This document shows, in pieces, positions 23,600 to 35,820 of a DNA stretch of 64,000 nt. Location: the NCBI GenBank assembly GCA_965112155.1, contig OZ218103.1; one strand, written 5' to 3'. The notes under the pieces are model-generated. The model was not told where the DNA came from. It saw only the letters and a list, made by a program, of their open reading frames with translations, and did not search any database. The translations under genes and the position numbers were made by a program. Every line of letters starts with the position of its first letter. Positions within the stretch are counted from its first letter, which is position 1. Origin of the DNA: Podarcis liolepis. Its lineage: Eukaryota.

Positions 23600-24398
23600 T
23601 TTAGGTTACAATATATCAAGATTAAAGATCAGGATAAAATAAGGAGGGAAAGGAATTGCTGAACTAATAAATTGAACTGGAATACAAAAAGGGGAGGTAT
23701 GAGGAGGTCCGGGAAACAAGTAAATGAAAGATAAGTGATGAAAAGATTGAATTGTTTTTAACTATTATTATTTTTTATATTTTTTCTTTTCTCTTTTTCA
23801 TTTTGTAACATTGTAAAAACCTTAATAAATATTTATAAAAAACCAAAAACAAACTTTTTTCTCTGGGCCATACTTTCAGAATAAAAATTTGCTTGCGTCA
23901 CACTGAAATTTTTTTATTGGTAAGAAATACATTGGAAATATATTAGAAAACAAAAAGAAACAATTCTCATCAGTGTTTGATTTATAATATAGAACACAAC
24001 TACTTTATAATATGATCATGAGACATCCAGAAAGAAAATCATAGTAGAAAATCCCCATTCACTACAATGTCGTGGAAAACTGTAGAAGAATAGCCAGTGC
24101 TCCTGAATATCTATCCATATCCTGCAAATAAATATACTGATACGATACTATACTATACCGAAACTTTTAAATGTTTCTCTGATTGTCCTTGAATCTTCCT
24201 GCCACACTTGCCATTCTCTCCTGCCATTATGAGAACCACTGTGCTATATTGCGAAGTACTGTTTTCTGCTTAAATCATGGAAATTAGTTATAATCTAGAC
24301 AAACATATTAACACACATAGATTTTATGCAAACCAGTATCTTCTTTTTCTTTTCTTTGTTGGAGAATGCATTTCCTACTTGTTTTGGTGATGCTTATG

Positions 24399-24975
24399 TG
24401 GATGCGGGTGGCGCTGTGGGTTAAACCACAGAGCCTAGGACTTGCCGATCAGAAGGTCAGCGGTTCGAATCCCCGTGACGGGGTGAGCTCCCGTTGCTCG
24501 GTCCCTGCTCCTGCCAACCTAGCAGTTCCAAAGCACGTCAAAGTGCAAGTACAGTGGTACCTCGGGTTAAGTACTTAATTCGTTCCGGAGGTATGTTCTT
24601 AACCTGAAACTGTTCTTAACCTGAAGCACCACTTTAGCTGATGGGGCCTCCCACTGCTGCTGGAGCACGATTTCTATTCTTATCCTGAAGCAAAGTTCTT
24701 AACCCGAGGTACTATTTCTGGGTTAGCGGTGTCTGTAACCTGAAGCGTATGTAACCCAAGGTACCACTGTAGATAAATAGGTACCGCTCCGGCGGGAAGG
24801 TAAAAGGCATTTCCATGCACTACTCTGGTTCGCCAGAAGAGGCTTAGTCATGCTGGCCACATGACCCGGAAGCTGTACGCCGGCTCCCTCAGCCAATAAA
24901 GCGAGATGAGCGCCGCAACCCCAGAGTCAGTCACAACTGGACCCAATGGTCAGGGGTCCCTTTACCTTTACCTTT
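24399..24975 (+). mobile_element. Sauria SINE split by a Tc1/mariner MITE
   Basis: SINE sequence resumes exactly after the MITE (caagTA|gataaatagg); ttatgtgg flanks both ends. Confidence 0.9.
24552..24769. mobile_element. Tc1/mariner (Tigger-like) MITE
   Basis: TIR cagtggtacct...aggtaccactg; TA duplication at 24550 and 24770. Confidence 0.92.
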
Positions 24976-26206
24976 TATGTGGTCACTCTATCCTTGGCTG
25001 GCTTCTGTGAGTCCCCCCCTGTGGAACCAACTGGCTTGGACCCCCTTTGCTGGTAATCCCAAGGAGTGCTGAGCAGCCCCCATTGCAAGAATCCAATATA
25101 TGGAGTTTACTAGCTGACTTGGATGAAACAGGCTGATGCAGTTTGTGAGAGTGGCCCATGCCAACCCCCCAACCCCATTTTAGAACCACTCCTACCACCT
25201 CCACCCCCAGAGTGCCTTTGCAACTTTTTTATTATCTTACAAAAATCACGGGATGAATGTACATTTAATGGAATAAATATAGAGATGGGCAGGTTACGTA
25301 ATGCTTTAAGTGCCATGAATAAGGTGCTTTAAACTGAAAAGCAAGGAAAAGGGGGAAGCTAACCTAAAACATGGTTGATGACCAAATCGCAGTCTCATTG
25401 GTTGGTATTTACGTCTGTCTCTCAGAGTAAAGTTGGGGGCAGCTGGGCTTGTTCTCTGAAATGAAAAACACATAATCCCTTGTTTTTCTAGCAAGAAAAG
25501 CAGTCAGTTTCTCACTCTGCAATAAAGCACTCTGTAGTTTGCACCTCATGGTAGGCCAAACTATGGCTTAGTGGGACTTCGCAAATGTGCTCTCATCCAC
25601 TTTACTCCTTCCTGGTCCTTTTAGCTCACTAGCTAAGCCAAGGTTAGTGTGTCGTCCAAAGCGGGGATCGTGGTTAAGCTCTTTCCTTCTTAACCATGAA
25701 CTGTAGCCAAGAACAAACATTAGCTGCAGCCTCTGTAGCTATAGGAATCTCCAGCTGCTTCAATGTTACTGCTAAGGCCTTGGAAAGACTATTTAGGTTA
25801 CAATGTAATGTTGCCAAATCCTTTGATCCCGATAAAAGTAAAGGGGGAAGAGACGAGAGGGAGTGGGGAAAGGAAGTCCTATCTGTGGAGGCAGGAAATA
25901 CCAGCCTTTCTTTGTTTATGGGTTTTGTCACACCGTTTTTGAAAAATTACAACAGAGAGACTTTCACTATGACGCCTTTCCTGGAAACCAGTTTAGGTTT
26001 TGTTGCAAGTAGTTACAAGACTATGTACTATTTTCACGGAAGTTGCCCAGTGGGGAAAAAAAATTCTTCTGGGTAATTTCCTCCAGCTGATAAATTCTTT
26101 CCCCCCCCATTGGTAGGGTGGCAAGTTACACAAAAATGTGGAAATGCATCACCAAAAAAAAAAAAAGAGAGAGAGAAAGCAGACTTGCCTAAAATTAGCA
26201 GTTGCT

Positions 26207-26683
26207 CTGGCAGAATCCGAGACCAGGGAGAAGAGTCGGTGGAAGAAGATTGGAAGAAATTTAAAGACTATTTACAGTAATACTGCAAAATTAATGAATG
26301 TTAGAATGATGTCAGAATGAAGTTAAGTGGTTTTAGCAGTAATGTTATAAAGGTGTATGTAAAAATGGATTGTTAACAGGTGAAAATCCAAAGTTATAAT
26401 ATATTAGGTTAAAGGGTTAAGACAAAAACAAAGAGGGAAAGGAATTGCTGAATTAACTAACAGAACTGGAATACAAAAAAGGGAGGTGTGAGGAGGTCAG
26501 GGAAGTAAGGAAATGAAATGTAAGGCATGGAAAGACTGGTGTGTTTTTTAAGTGTTTTTTTTTATCTTTTTTGTATTTTGTATTTTTTTTCCTTTTTGTT
26601 TCTTTTTCTTTTCCCCCCTCTTTTTATTTATGTAATCCTTTCTTTGAAACTTTAATAAATATCATTTTTTTTAAAAAAAAAAA
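26207..26683 (+). mobile_element. L1 3' fragment
   Basis: GRIRDQGEESVEEDWKKFKDYLQ*, T-rich UTR, AATAAA, poly(A); TSD tagcagttgct at 26196-26206 and 26684-26694. Confidence 0.82.
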
Positions 26684-27336
26684 TAGCAGTTGCTAATGTA
26701 CAGGTGCAGAATTAGAAGCCATTACTAAAATTCAAACAGAAATACAATAGTGGGAAAGACTGTGGCCAGGTGTGCTGTGTGCCTGCTCAGTCTGCTGCCC
26801 AGGTGATAACAGCTGAAGGCCAACTCCAAGGCCCTTCCTGTTCTTATTTCTCAGGGTTATTTGTCTTTAAAAATAGACACGTGCCTCATCCACACAACAC
26901 ATTTGAAGAACTCTTATACCACTTTTGACACTCATGGCTCCCCCCGCAAAAATCCTGGGAACTGTAGTTTGTTAAGGTTGCTGGGAATTGTAGCTCTGTG
27001 AAGGGGGGCTCCTAACAACTCTCAGCACCATTTACAAACCACACTTCCCAGGAATTTTTGGGGGGTGGGGGGAAGCCATGAGTGTGAAAGTGACATAATG
27101 GCACTTTAAATATGGAGTGGGTATGGTCTTGGACTTGGCAGTTCTTCAAACACAGCCCTTTCCAGGGCTCCTTCCAAAGCAGCAGCCAGCCATGCTGTAC
27201 AAGAAGGAATAATGGAAGACCATTCCATTGGCCTGCTTTGACTTAGTTGCATTGCTTGTATTCAGTTTTGGAAAAGAAAGGAGGCAACCTATATACTAAT
27301 TGTAAACTTAAATTCCTCAAGTGTTGATCTATTTGT

Positions 27337-27367
27337 AGTATTAGTAGTAGTAGTAGTAGTAGTAGTA

Positions 27368-27414
<47 letters not shown>
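27337..27414. repeat. Compound microsatellite (GTA)n(ATA)n
   Basis: Directly visible; probably an expanded tail of the adjacent minus-strand L2. Confidence 0.95.
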
Positions 27415-27415
<1 letters not shown>

Positions 27416-27654
27416 TGACAAAACATAAAAACCCTTCCCTAAACAGGGCTGCCTTCAGATGTCTTCAAAAAGTTAGATAGTTATTTATTTCCTTGTGATC
27501 TGATGGGAGGGTGTTCCACAGGGCAGGCGCCACTACCGAGAAGGCCCTCTGTCTGGTTCCCTGTAGCTTCACTTCTCACAGTGAGGGAACTGCCAGAAGG
27601 CTCTCAGAACTGGACCTTGGTGTCTGGGCTGAACGATGGGGATGGAGACACTCT
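27415..27654 (-). mobile_element. L2 LINE 3' fragment
   Basis: Reverse complement encodes AFSVVAPALWNTLP, the L2 ORF2 terminal motif. Confidence 0.8.
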
Positions 27655-28417
27655 ACCGACATGCAAGAGAGAGGTGTCAGCAAGCTGCATGGAATTCCAA
27701 GATTTAAAAAATCATAGAACTGTAGAGTTTGAAGGGCCCCAAGGGGTCTTCTGGTCCCAACCCCCTGAAATGCAGTAGAACAATGCTTTAGACATAAAAT
27801 CCGTAAGTGCAGCAAAAAACAACAACCCAAAAACCCAACCCAGTAAGGACTGAGAATGATAGTGACTGTGGAATGCAGGTGGAATGTTGTGGGAAGAGGG
27901 AGGGGAGAATGGAGCATCCCCAACGATGGCATCTCTGGAAGCTGGAAGGGAAGCATCCTGCACTGTTACATTTTCATACAGCTCCCCTTGTATCCACAGA
28001 ATAAACAAACTTTTTATTCTGCATATTCTTCCCACACCCCCTTTCTCTCACCCTGGGCTCTGAGACTTAGCTGAGAGGGGATGGAGATGGCCTGATGGTC
28101 AGGGAGAGGAAATGGAGGATGAAGGAAGGTTTCAGCACACCTCCTTTCACCCACCATTTTCCCATGCAGAACTCGGCACCTCCCTACCCACACACTTTTG
28201 CAGATATTTGGAAATGTGCACATGAAGGTCAGTGTCTGTTATGTTCACATAATGTAGTTCTCTTGCTGAAAATAGTCTATAGGGTTTCTGGTTAGTGTGG
28301 AATTCCCACGGTTCAGGTGCTTGCTGAGAGCGCAAAATGCCAATGCTAGCTATTCCCTTCCAGCTTTCTTTCTTTTAATCTTGTGGGACCTTGTCAAGGT
28401 GCTGTTTCATACGTGTA

Positions 28418-28642
28418 CAGTGGTACCTCGAGTTACATACGCCTCAGGTTACATTCGCTTCAGGTTACAGACTCCACTAACCCAGAAATATTACCTCGGG
28501 TTAAGAACTTTGCTTCAGGATGAGAACAGAAATCGTGCTCTGGCAGCGCAGCGGCAGCAGGAGGCCCCATTAGCTAAAGTGGTGCTTCAGGTTAAGAACG
28601 GACCTCCAGAACGAATTAAGTTCTTAACCCGAGGTACTACTG
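28418..28642. mobile_element. Tc1/mariner MITE
   Basis: cagtggtacctcg TIR with TA flanks; same family as 24552. Confidence 0.9.
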
Positions 28643-28780
28643 TAAAGTCTTACATGGACCAAGCTTTCTACCTGCACCATTCAGTCCATGAACTGGGCCC
28701 TACTGTGTCTCTCACCACCTGTAAAAGTGTTAGGACACAGGTATTGCCAGTTTGCTTCCAGAGATTCAAGGAAATCACAC

Positions 28781-28965
28781 GAGTGTTTAAAACCCTAAAC
28801 AGCTTAGCTCCCCTGAAAGACCACATCCTTTCCTACAGACTGTCCTGAGTACTAAGATCAGCAGAGGGGGCTCTCTGGGTGGTCCTGCCACCTTCGGAAG
28901 TTCACAGAGTGGTGGCTCAGAAGAAGTCATACTCTGTGGCAGCACCTAGACTCTGGAACGCCCTC
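28781..28965 (+). mobile_element. Degenerate L2 fragment
   Basis: FKTLNSL... and SVAAPRLWNAL remnants. Confidence 0.6.
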
Positions 28966-29899
28966 TGCAGAGGAAGATCTCACAGGCTGTGCTAGTGCTA
29001 TGTACACACACAGAGAGAGAGAGTTTTATTGATTTTTACCTTTGTATGTATCATTGATGTTTTAGAATTAGCTTTGATTCCAGGCACATTGTTTTGAAGA
29101 CCTGGTAGAAAGGTGACTCAGAAATGTATCCATAAAGAAATAAGCCAGCCAGCTGAGGCCTTGTATAATGCTAGAAAATTACAGCCATTGTTTCAGGCTG
29201 AAGCCTTCTCGGTGTGTTTAGTGTATAGATCCGAGGACGTGTGCAACATGCTTTGTGTCATGAAAGATGGGAGAAGATGAAAAGGAAAAGGAGTGGAAAT
29301 GTTGACAATAGATATCAAAAGAGTCTTGAAACAAAAGCCAAAAGAACAATCAGAGCCTTTCTCCCTGCCGCGGGAGGTATTTCTCTATTGTTGAAGTATC
29401 ACCTTGAAAGCATTCCATTACCAGCACACGCCTAAATGCATAGAGGCAGACACAGGCGATCCTTCCAACATGACATTTTATGGGTTGTTTCTTGCCATGA
29501 GTCACCCCGGGTAAGTTCACCGGTTTTAGCTGTTTGTACCACACCTGTGGTTTTTATTTACCATTGCTAAATTTGCGGCAAGTATCGCTGTCACTACCTG
29601 ATAAGATGTTAAAGGGTTTGCTACATCATTTGCAGAGGTTACGCAAGTAGAACTTGTGAGCTGGCATTTGAGCGTGGTTGATCCAATTTGGCTTCTGGGA
29701 TGGTGTATCCAAATGTACTTGCCTCATGCAATGAGGATGGATCCAGGCAGTTATCCATTGGTGACTTAGCTTGGTAGACAAACATATGGAGAAGTGCTGA
29801 GCTAATCGTCTGCCCACCTACGTGGAAGAGAAGAATTTTACCACTATCCTGCCTCCAATAACATATGTTAGGGTGCAGCCAAGGTCACCTCCTCGAAAA

Positions 29900-30060
29900 G
29901 GAAGCTGCCTTATAAGGAATCAGACCATTGCTTCATCCAGCTCAGCATCGTCTCCACCGACTGAGAGTGGCTTTCCAGGATTTCAGACAGAGGTCTCTTC
30001 CAGCCCATTGAGCCTTGAATCTTCTGCAAGCAAAGCAGATTCTCTACCAGTGAACCACAG
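29900..30060 (-). mobile_element. Old tRNA-derived SINE (Squam2-like)
   Basis: Similar to 8900-9033; reverse-complement tRNA-like head. Confidence 0.5.
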
Positions 30061-30676
30061 TTCAAAGACAGGGTTCCCAAGTGTGTGCATGCATGCATGC
30101 AGTGTTAGAAAGTGGTCAGCTGGCGTGCCTCTACTCCTGCAGCAAAACAAGTCTTACATGACTCAGATTTCTTCCACTTCTGTTACCAAACACTTACACA
30201 GCACAAGATCGACCCACTTTATACTTTGGTTCGTTTCCTCTCCATTTGCATTACTCATCCCCCCTCCTGGAAGCTTATACCCTAAATACTTCTGGATAGT
30301 CCTCATATCCTCTCTTAGTCACTGTGTCATCAGTTTATATGACCCCAATTCCAGCCTCTTTGCTTGCAGATCAAATCCCAGAGGTATAAATTTGCTTCTG
30401 CTTTCCAAATCATCCACCACCACTCTCTTTACCAGTAGAGGCATTTGGTTTTCTGGTCCTGTAAGGCAAGTACGGTAAATGTATTTTGGTGAGTGGGCAG
30501 GAAGATCAGAGCAAAGATGGAGAGGAACCTTTTGCAGCATCAAGTCCACATTCCCTCATGGGCAACCATCCACAAGCTGCATGACAGTGGTGGGTGGGGC
30601 CAAATGCAAAAGTGGGCAGGGTTGAAGTCAAAAGAGGGTGGAGCAAAGGCTCTTGCTACATTCCAGCCATGCATAA

Positions 30677-30844
30677 AAAAATTCCTTCCAGTAGCACCTT
30701 AAAGACCAACTAAGTTAGTTCTTGGTATGAGCTTTTCACGAAAGCTCATACCAAGAACTAACTTAGTTGGTCTTTAAGGTGCTACTGGAAGGAATTTTTT
30801 TATTTTGACTATGGCAGACCAACACGGCTACCTATCTGTAACTG
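30677..30844. mobile_element. Penelope-like insertion with perfect inverted duplication
   Basis: 62-bp arms 30674-30735 / 30741-30802; 13-bp TSD cagccatgcataa at 30664-30676 and 30845-30857. Confidence 0.88.
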
Positions 30845-32260
30845 CAGCCATGCATAAGTTAGAGGTTTCTATACACCCACCCACACAGGTCTCCAGGAAA
30901 GCAAGAGGTAGTATTACTGTTTAAAGACACATTCCTGCCAGGCAAACACAGGACCAGTAAGAGGTGTGGCCCGAGGACAGGGTTTGTGGCCTAGCAGTGT
31001 GGCCACAGTGGGGAACATATTGTGTGTGCCTACTCAGTCTGCTGTCATGGTTCCAAGTACTGATATTTTGACTACTGTATGTTTTCAGGTTTTTGATAGA
31101 TTTTATTGTAATTGCATTAAGTATTTCTATTGTGTCTGTAAGTCATTTTTTATGAGTAAAGTGACTAATGAATAATGAGGAAGATGCGCAACCTCAAGCT
31201 CCTCACTTCCCTTTCTTAGGATTCTCTACCTTTCAACAAGACTTGGACCAGGCAGCCTTCAAACAGAGGGCGGCCCTCTGTGAAGCAGGAAACTTCGCCA
31301 CCCCATCAATCCCTGTCTCGAAGGGCCATTCCCCTAAAAAGAGAGAGTTCCTCAAATGGCTGCTTTTCTTACGATACTTCCTCTCTCTCTGAACCAACCC
31401 TCTCTGTAGCTATGGAATTGTGGCTTACTTATCTCACCGCAGCTGACTGCCAGTGGTTAGATGCATGTGAGAATCAGCTTTGGCAGTGCTAATATGGAGC
31501 GTAAAGATTCAATGTTGACCTCAACCGACAACATGAAAAGAGAAGTCCTCATTCTCCCAATGCATTCATCTATTTAGTTACACTTCCATTCCATCTTTTT
31601 CTCCAGTGAGGCAGGGTACAAAGGTCTCCCACGCCTCCATTTTATTCTCTGAACATCTATGTGATGAAGGATAGGCTGAAAGGTCACCCAGTGAGGTTCA
31701 CAACAGAGGGGGGGGGGGATTTGAACTTGAGTTTCCTCAGCTCAGCCCACTGCTCTAACCAGTACACCACACTGTCTGTGGTACAGAAATGATAAGTGCA
31801 TGTCTCTGGGTTATTTATTTGATATTATAATGCATATACCAGCCTTCTTCCTAAGGTCGCGGGGTGGGTTGCATCAATAACAACAGAAACAAATTACAAA
31901 CCCAAAGTCTGGATGCAGCTGTTTTCCCCTGTAGTATATTCAAGACCTGATCCAGTGGATCAGGGGGAGCTTATTTCCCTGTAATTATCACCCCTGCTAG
32001 ATCAGGGCAATCGCTTGTTAATTACTGGTCTACTTTTTAAAAATATTGCATCACCGCTATTGACCACAATTACAAGAAAGCCTGGTATCTTTCCCAGACT
32101 GTGAGTCTATAAATTACTGATTACTCTCTCACGGTTTAGCAGAAATAGTAGTACTTTGTGGGGAGGGCCCCAGGCCCTTTAAAGAGGTTTGAATATTACC
32201 AAACCGGTTTACAGGAAGTCTAGATTTGGGTTGGAACTGCCATGCACAGAGGAATTTGAA

Positions 32261-32262
32261 AA

Positions 32263-32323
<61 letters not shown>
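32261..32323. repeat. Compound microsatellite (CA)n(GA)n
   Basis: Directly visible. Confidence 0.97.
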
Positions 32324-32328
<5 letters not shown>

Positions 32329-33224
32329 ATCAGTCACAAACCTACACTTCTGAAAACCATCATTGGAAAGTTCCTGTTTCCTTCTTCCTTCTTGCAGCTC
32401 ACTACTTTTCAGTTAACAATTGGTGTTCTCTGCCTGACTGACCTTCTGCTTTGAAAGATTTAAAGCTAATTTGCTTCGTCCCAAGTCGCTGTTCAACTTG
32501 TTAGAAAAGTTATAAAACAGAGAGCCTTCCTTCTTGCATACGCTCCCGTCCGTTCTTATGGATTATGTGCATTCCCACATTGTCCTTGTATACGTGATGT
32601 GCAGCCAGCACTGCAATCTGCTCCATGTATAATATTTCAGGAGAGGGACAGCTCTATCAATGTTAATGAGATTAATGGTTTGCAAGGATCAAAATAATGT
32701 GCTAGCTAAATAGGAATGTTGGGTGGATTAGCAAAAAAGTGGGAAGGGAGAAAGCAGGATCAGCTGTGCAATGCAAAAAAGGATGGGATTCACACCCCAC
32801 CCACCCCAGGGATATGTCTAAATGTATAGATCCTGTGCATCTCCCCATTTGCAATTCTGCCCTTTGAACAATACACAAGAGCTGAAACTCCCCCTGCTTC
32901 TCTCTCTGTCTCGCCTCTTCTAAGCATACTCATTGGATGTTTCCAGACCATGTTTATTGATGGGTGCCTGCTCATGCATGCAAATAGTATCAGGATAAAA
33001 ATGCCAGCCTGCATCCCCCCCCACTCTGATTTAATCTAAATATTTTAAAGCATTGGTAAACTGCTTTTAAAAACAAACAAACCAAAACTCTTATGGGTAC
33101 ACAAAAATGCAACATAAACACAATAAAATAGTGTCCTAAACACCAGTTTTAAAAAACCAGAGACACAACATCAGTTAAACTTGCGTTATAAAAATATGAA
33201 TTGAAGGATAGTAGTCTAGTCTTA

Positions 33225-33580
33225 GGGACGCGGGTGGCGCTGTGGGTTAAACCACAGAGCCTAGGACTTGCCGATCAGAAGGTCAGCGGTTCGAATCCCC
33301 GCAATGGGGTGAGCTCCTGCTGCTCAGTCCCTGCTCCTGCCAAGCTAGCAGTTCGAAAGCATGTCAAAGTGCAAGTAGATAAATAGGTACCGCTCCGGCG
33401 GGAAGGTAAACGGTGTTTCCGTGCGCTGCTCTGGTTTGCCAGAAGCAGCTTAGTCATGCTGGCCACATGACCTGGAAGCTGTACGCTGGCTCCCTCGGCC
33501 AATAAAGCAAGATGAGTGCCGCAACTCCAGAGTCGGCCACAACTGGACCTAATGGTCAGGGGTCCCTTTACCTTTACTTT
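33225..33580 (+). mobile_element. Sauria SINE, full length
   Basis: TSD tagtctagtctta at 33212-33224 and 33581-33593. Confidence 0.93.
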
Positions 33581-34504
33581 TAGTCTAGTCTTATGGGTCA
33601 TGGAAAGCATGGACAAAAAGAGATGCCCAAAGTAACAGATGGCTGGTGCTTCACTTACAGTAGAGAGAAGGGCAACAGAGAACACAGGGGAACTTGCAGA
33701 AAATATCTAGTTTTGAGTCACCAGAATTTACCCTTTCAGGGACAAATCTGGTAATGTGTTGTTGCTCTTGTTTTTTAATATCTGTTGCCAGGAACCCATT
33801 TGCAATACTGAGCTCTCATCTAGAAGTACATGCATTTCCTCAGCAACTGCTTCCTTCTAACACATGAAACTACCTGCAGCAGCAGGTGGAAGTTCAGACC
33901 ATACCAAGGATGCACACCCCCCAGGAGGTGGGGGGGGGTAATTCTATACTTTTTGGCATAGGCAGGGCTGGCTGGTATGCTTAAACAGTTGGCTTCAGTA
34001 GAGCACCACAGATTTAAATTACTTGTGTTTAGCTCCAGTTCCCCCATGTGTGAGTCTCTGTAGTGCAATAAATTATGAGAGGATTGTGGCAAGTTGGTTG
34101 CTTTGTTTCTGATTTCCCCAATCTAATAGTTTGGCTGAAGACAGGAACAGAAATGCACAGCGGTCCCTCTCTCGAAAATACAGCTATTGTCAGCCGCAGT
34201 GTGCAGCACAGAAGAGGAAATGCAAAGGAGAACCAACGCACTGAAGTTTTAGAGAGTTTCTAATAGATTTCCAAATGGCAGGAAATTAACAGGCTTTCCA
34301 TGAACATCTGTTCTACCTCAGGCTCAAAAGGTGGAAGGTAAATGCTATCTTGTTAAATTCAACAGCAGGCAAAAGGGTAAGCTTATTCCTCAGCGTCCAT
34401 ACAAAGGTTTTCATATTTCACCTATTAGTGACTTGTCATGTTGTAGGGCAGCAGAATGCTGCATCCTCTTTTTATTCTTTATTTACTAGTGGTAACATCT
34501 ATTA

Positions 34505-34864
34505 GGGACGCGGGTAGCGCTGTGGGTTAAACCACAGAGCCTAGGACTTGCTGATCAGAAGGTTGGCGGTTCGAATCCCCGCGACGGGGTGAGCTCCCAT
34601 TATTCGGTCCCTGCTCCTGCCAACCTAGCAGTTCAAAAGCACGTCAAAGTGCAAGTAGATAAATAGGTACCACTCTGGTGGGAAGGTAAACGGTGTTTCT
34701 GTGCATTGCTCTGGTTTGCCAGAAGCGGCTTAGTCATGCTGGCCACATGACCTGGAAGCTGTACGCCGGTTCCCTGGGCCAATAAAGCGAGATGAGCACC
34801 GCAACCCCAGAGTCGGCCACGACTGGACCTAATGGTCAGGGGTCCCTTTACCTTTACCTTTACT
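34505..34864 (+). mobile_element. Sauria SINE, full length
   Basis: Head gggacgcgggtagcgctgtggg, tail (ACCTTT)n, tctatta flanks. Confidence 0.93.
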
Positions 34865-34883
34865 GTCTATTAATATACACTGC

Positions 34884-35180
34884 CAGGGCCAGCCTGGCCA
34901 TGAGGCTTTGGTAAGGCAGTCACCTCAGGTGGCAGGCTGGGAGGGACAGCAGATCTGGGGCCCAAGGAATGTGCCACTCGCCATTTCCTGCGCTCGTTGT
35001 CCACCGCCACCAGCAACCACTGCTGCCACCACCTGCTCCTCTCCAGCGTCATGTTTTCTCTCCCACCTTCAGCACACCAGGGTTTCCCCAGTGGCAAGGG
35101 GGCAGCAGCGGCAAAGAAGAAATCAGGTGGCACCATTTTTAGATTTGCCTCAAGCAGCAAAACGTCTCAGGTTGGCCCTG
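34884..35180. mobile_element. hAT-type MITE
   Basis: TIR cagggccagcctg / caggttggccctg; 8-bp TSD tacactgc/tacactac. Confidence 0.75.
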
Positions 35181-35676
35181 TACACTACTCCAAAAGATGA
35201 CGAACTGATAGAGGTTGGGAACAACTGCATTAGAGCTTAGAGCAAACGGCTTAAATATCATACATAGATCTGAACAACTACTAGCCACATTTTGGCTACA
35301 GGTTTCCAGTTTAAACAGATGACTGTATGCATGTTTATGTCCAGGAGAACGCAGATCTCTTACGTACAGCAGGGGTACCACTGGAAATGCGGTGGTGTGT
35401 TGCTTCGATCGAAATCAGATCAGAAATGGTAGCCAGCAATTACTGCATGAATGAAGCTTCTCTGCAATCTCTGGGAAAGGCAAAACAATTAGTGCACTGC
35501 TAATTAACACTAATGTTTTAAAATATCTAGCCCTACATCTCATGACAAAAATGCACACATTAACCTTGTAATGAGGTTGTGCATTGTGGCTCTGATAGGA
35601 TTTGGAAATGGGAATCAGATCACTTCCTCCTCCCAGTTATAAAAATCCACATTACTCTCAGAGGAATAGCTATGTT

Positions 35677-35820
35677 TAGTGCTTTTTTTCTACAAAAAAA
35701 AAAAAATGTTTAGTGGTACTCTCATTTTCCTACTCATATTGAAATACTGCCCCTCAATGGGGCCAAACTTAGATTCATAAAATGTTTAGGGGTATGCGTC
35801 CCCCCAGAATAAAAGCACTG
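35677..35820. mobile_element. hAT-type MITE
   Basis: TIR tagtgctttt / aaaagcactg; perfect 8-bp TSD gctatgtt at 35669-35676 and 35821-35828. Confidence 0.85.

Larger units (their letters stand above)
23372..23849 (+). mobile_element. L1 3' UTR fragment
   Basis: Colinear with 26290-26683; A-rich tail; 16-bp TSD caaacttttttctctg at 23356-23371 and 23850-23865. Confidence 0.8.
23346..24241. mobile_element. hAT-type non-autonomous element hosting L1 and Penelope insertions
   Basis: TIRs tagtggttctca / tgagaaccactg; degenerate 8-bp flanks. Confidence 0.65.

Noticed and set aside
28297-28848. 183-aa ORF
   Set aside because: A chance read-through of a Tc1 MITE plus an L2 remnant.
29822-30478. 218-aa + strand ORF
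   Set aside because: Non-ATG start, runs through an antisense SINE remnant, Ser-rich with no recognisable domain or supporting splice structure.
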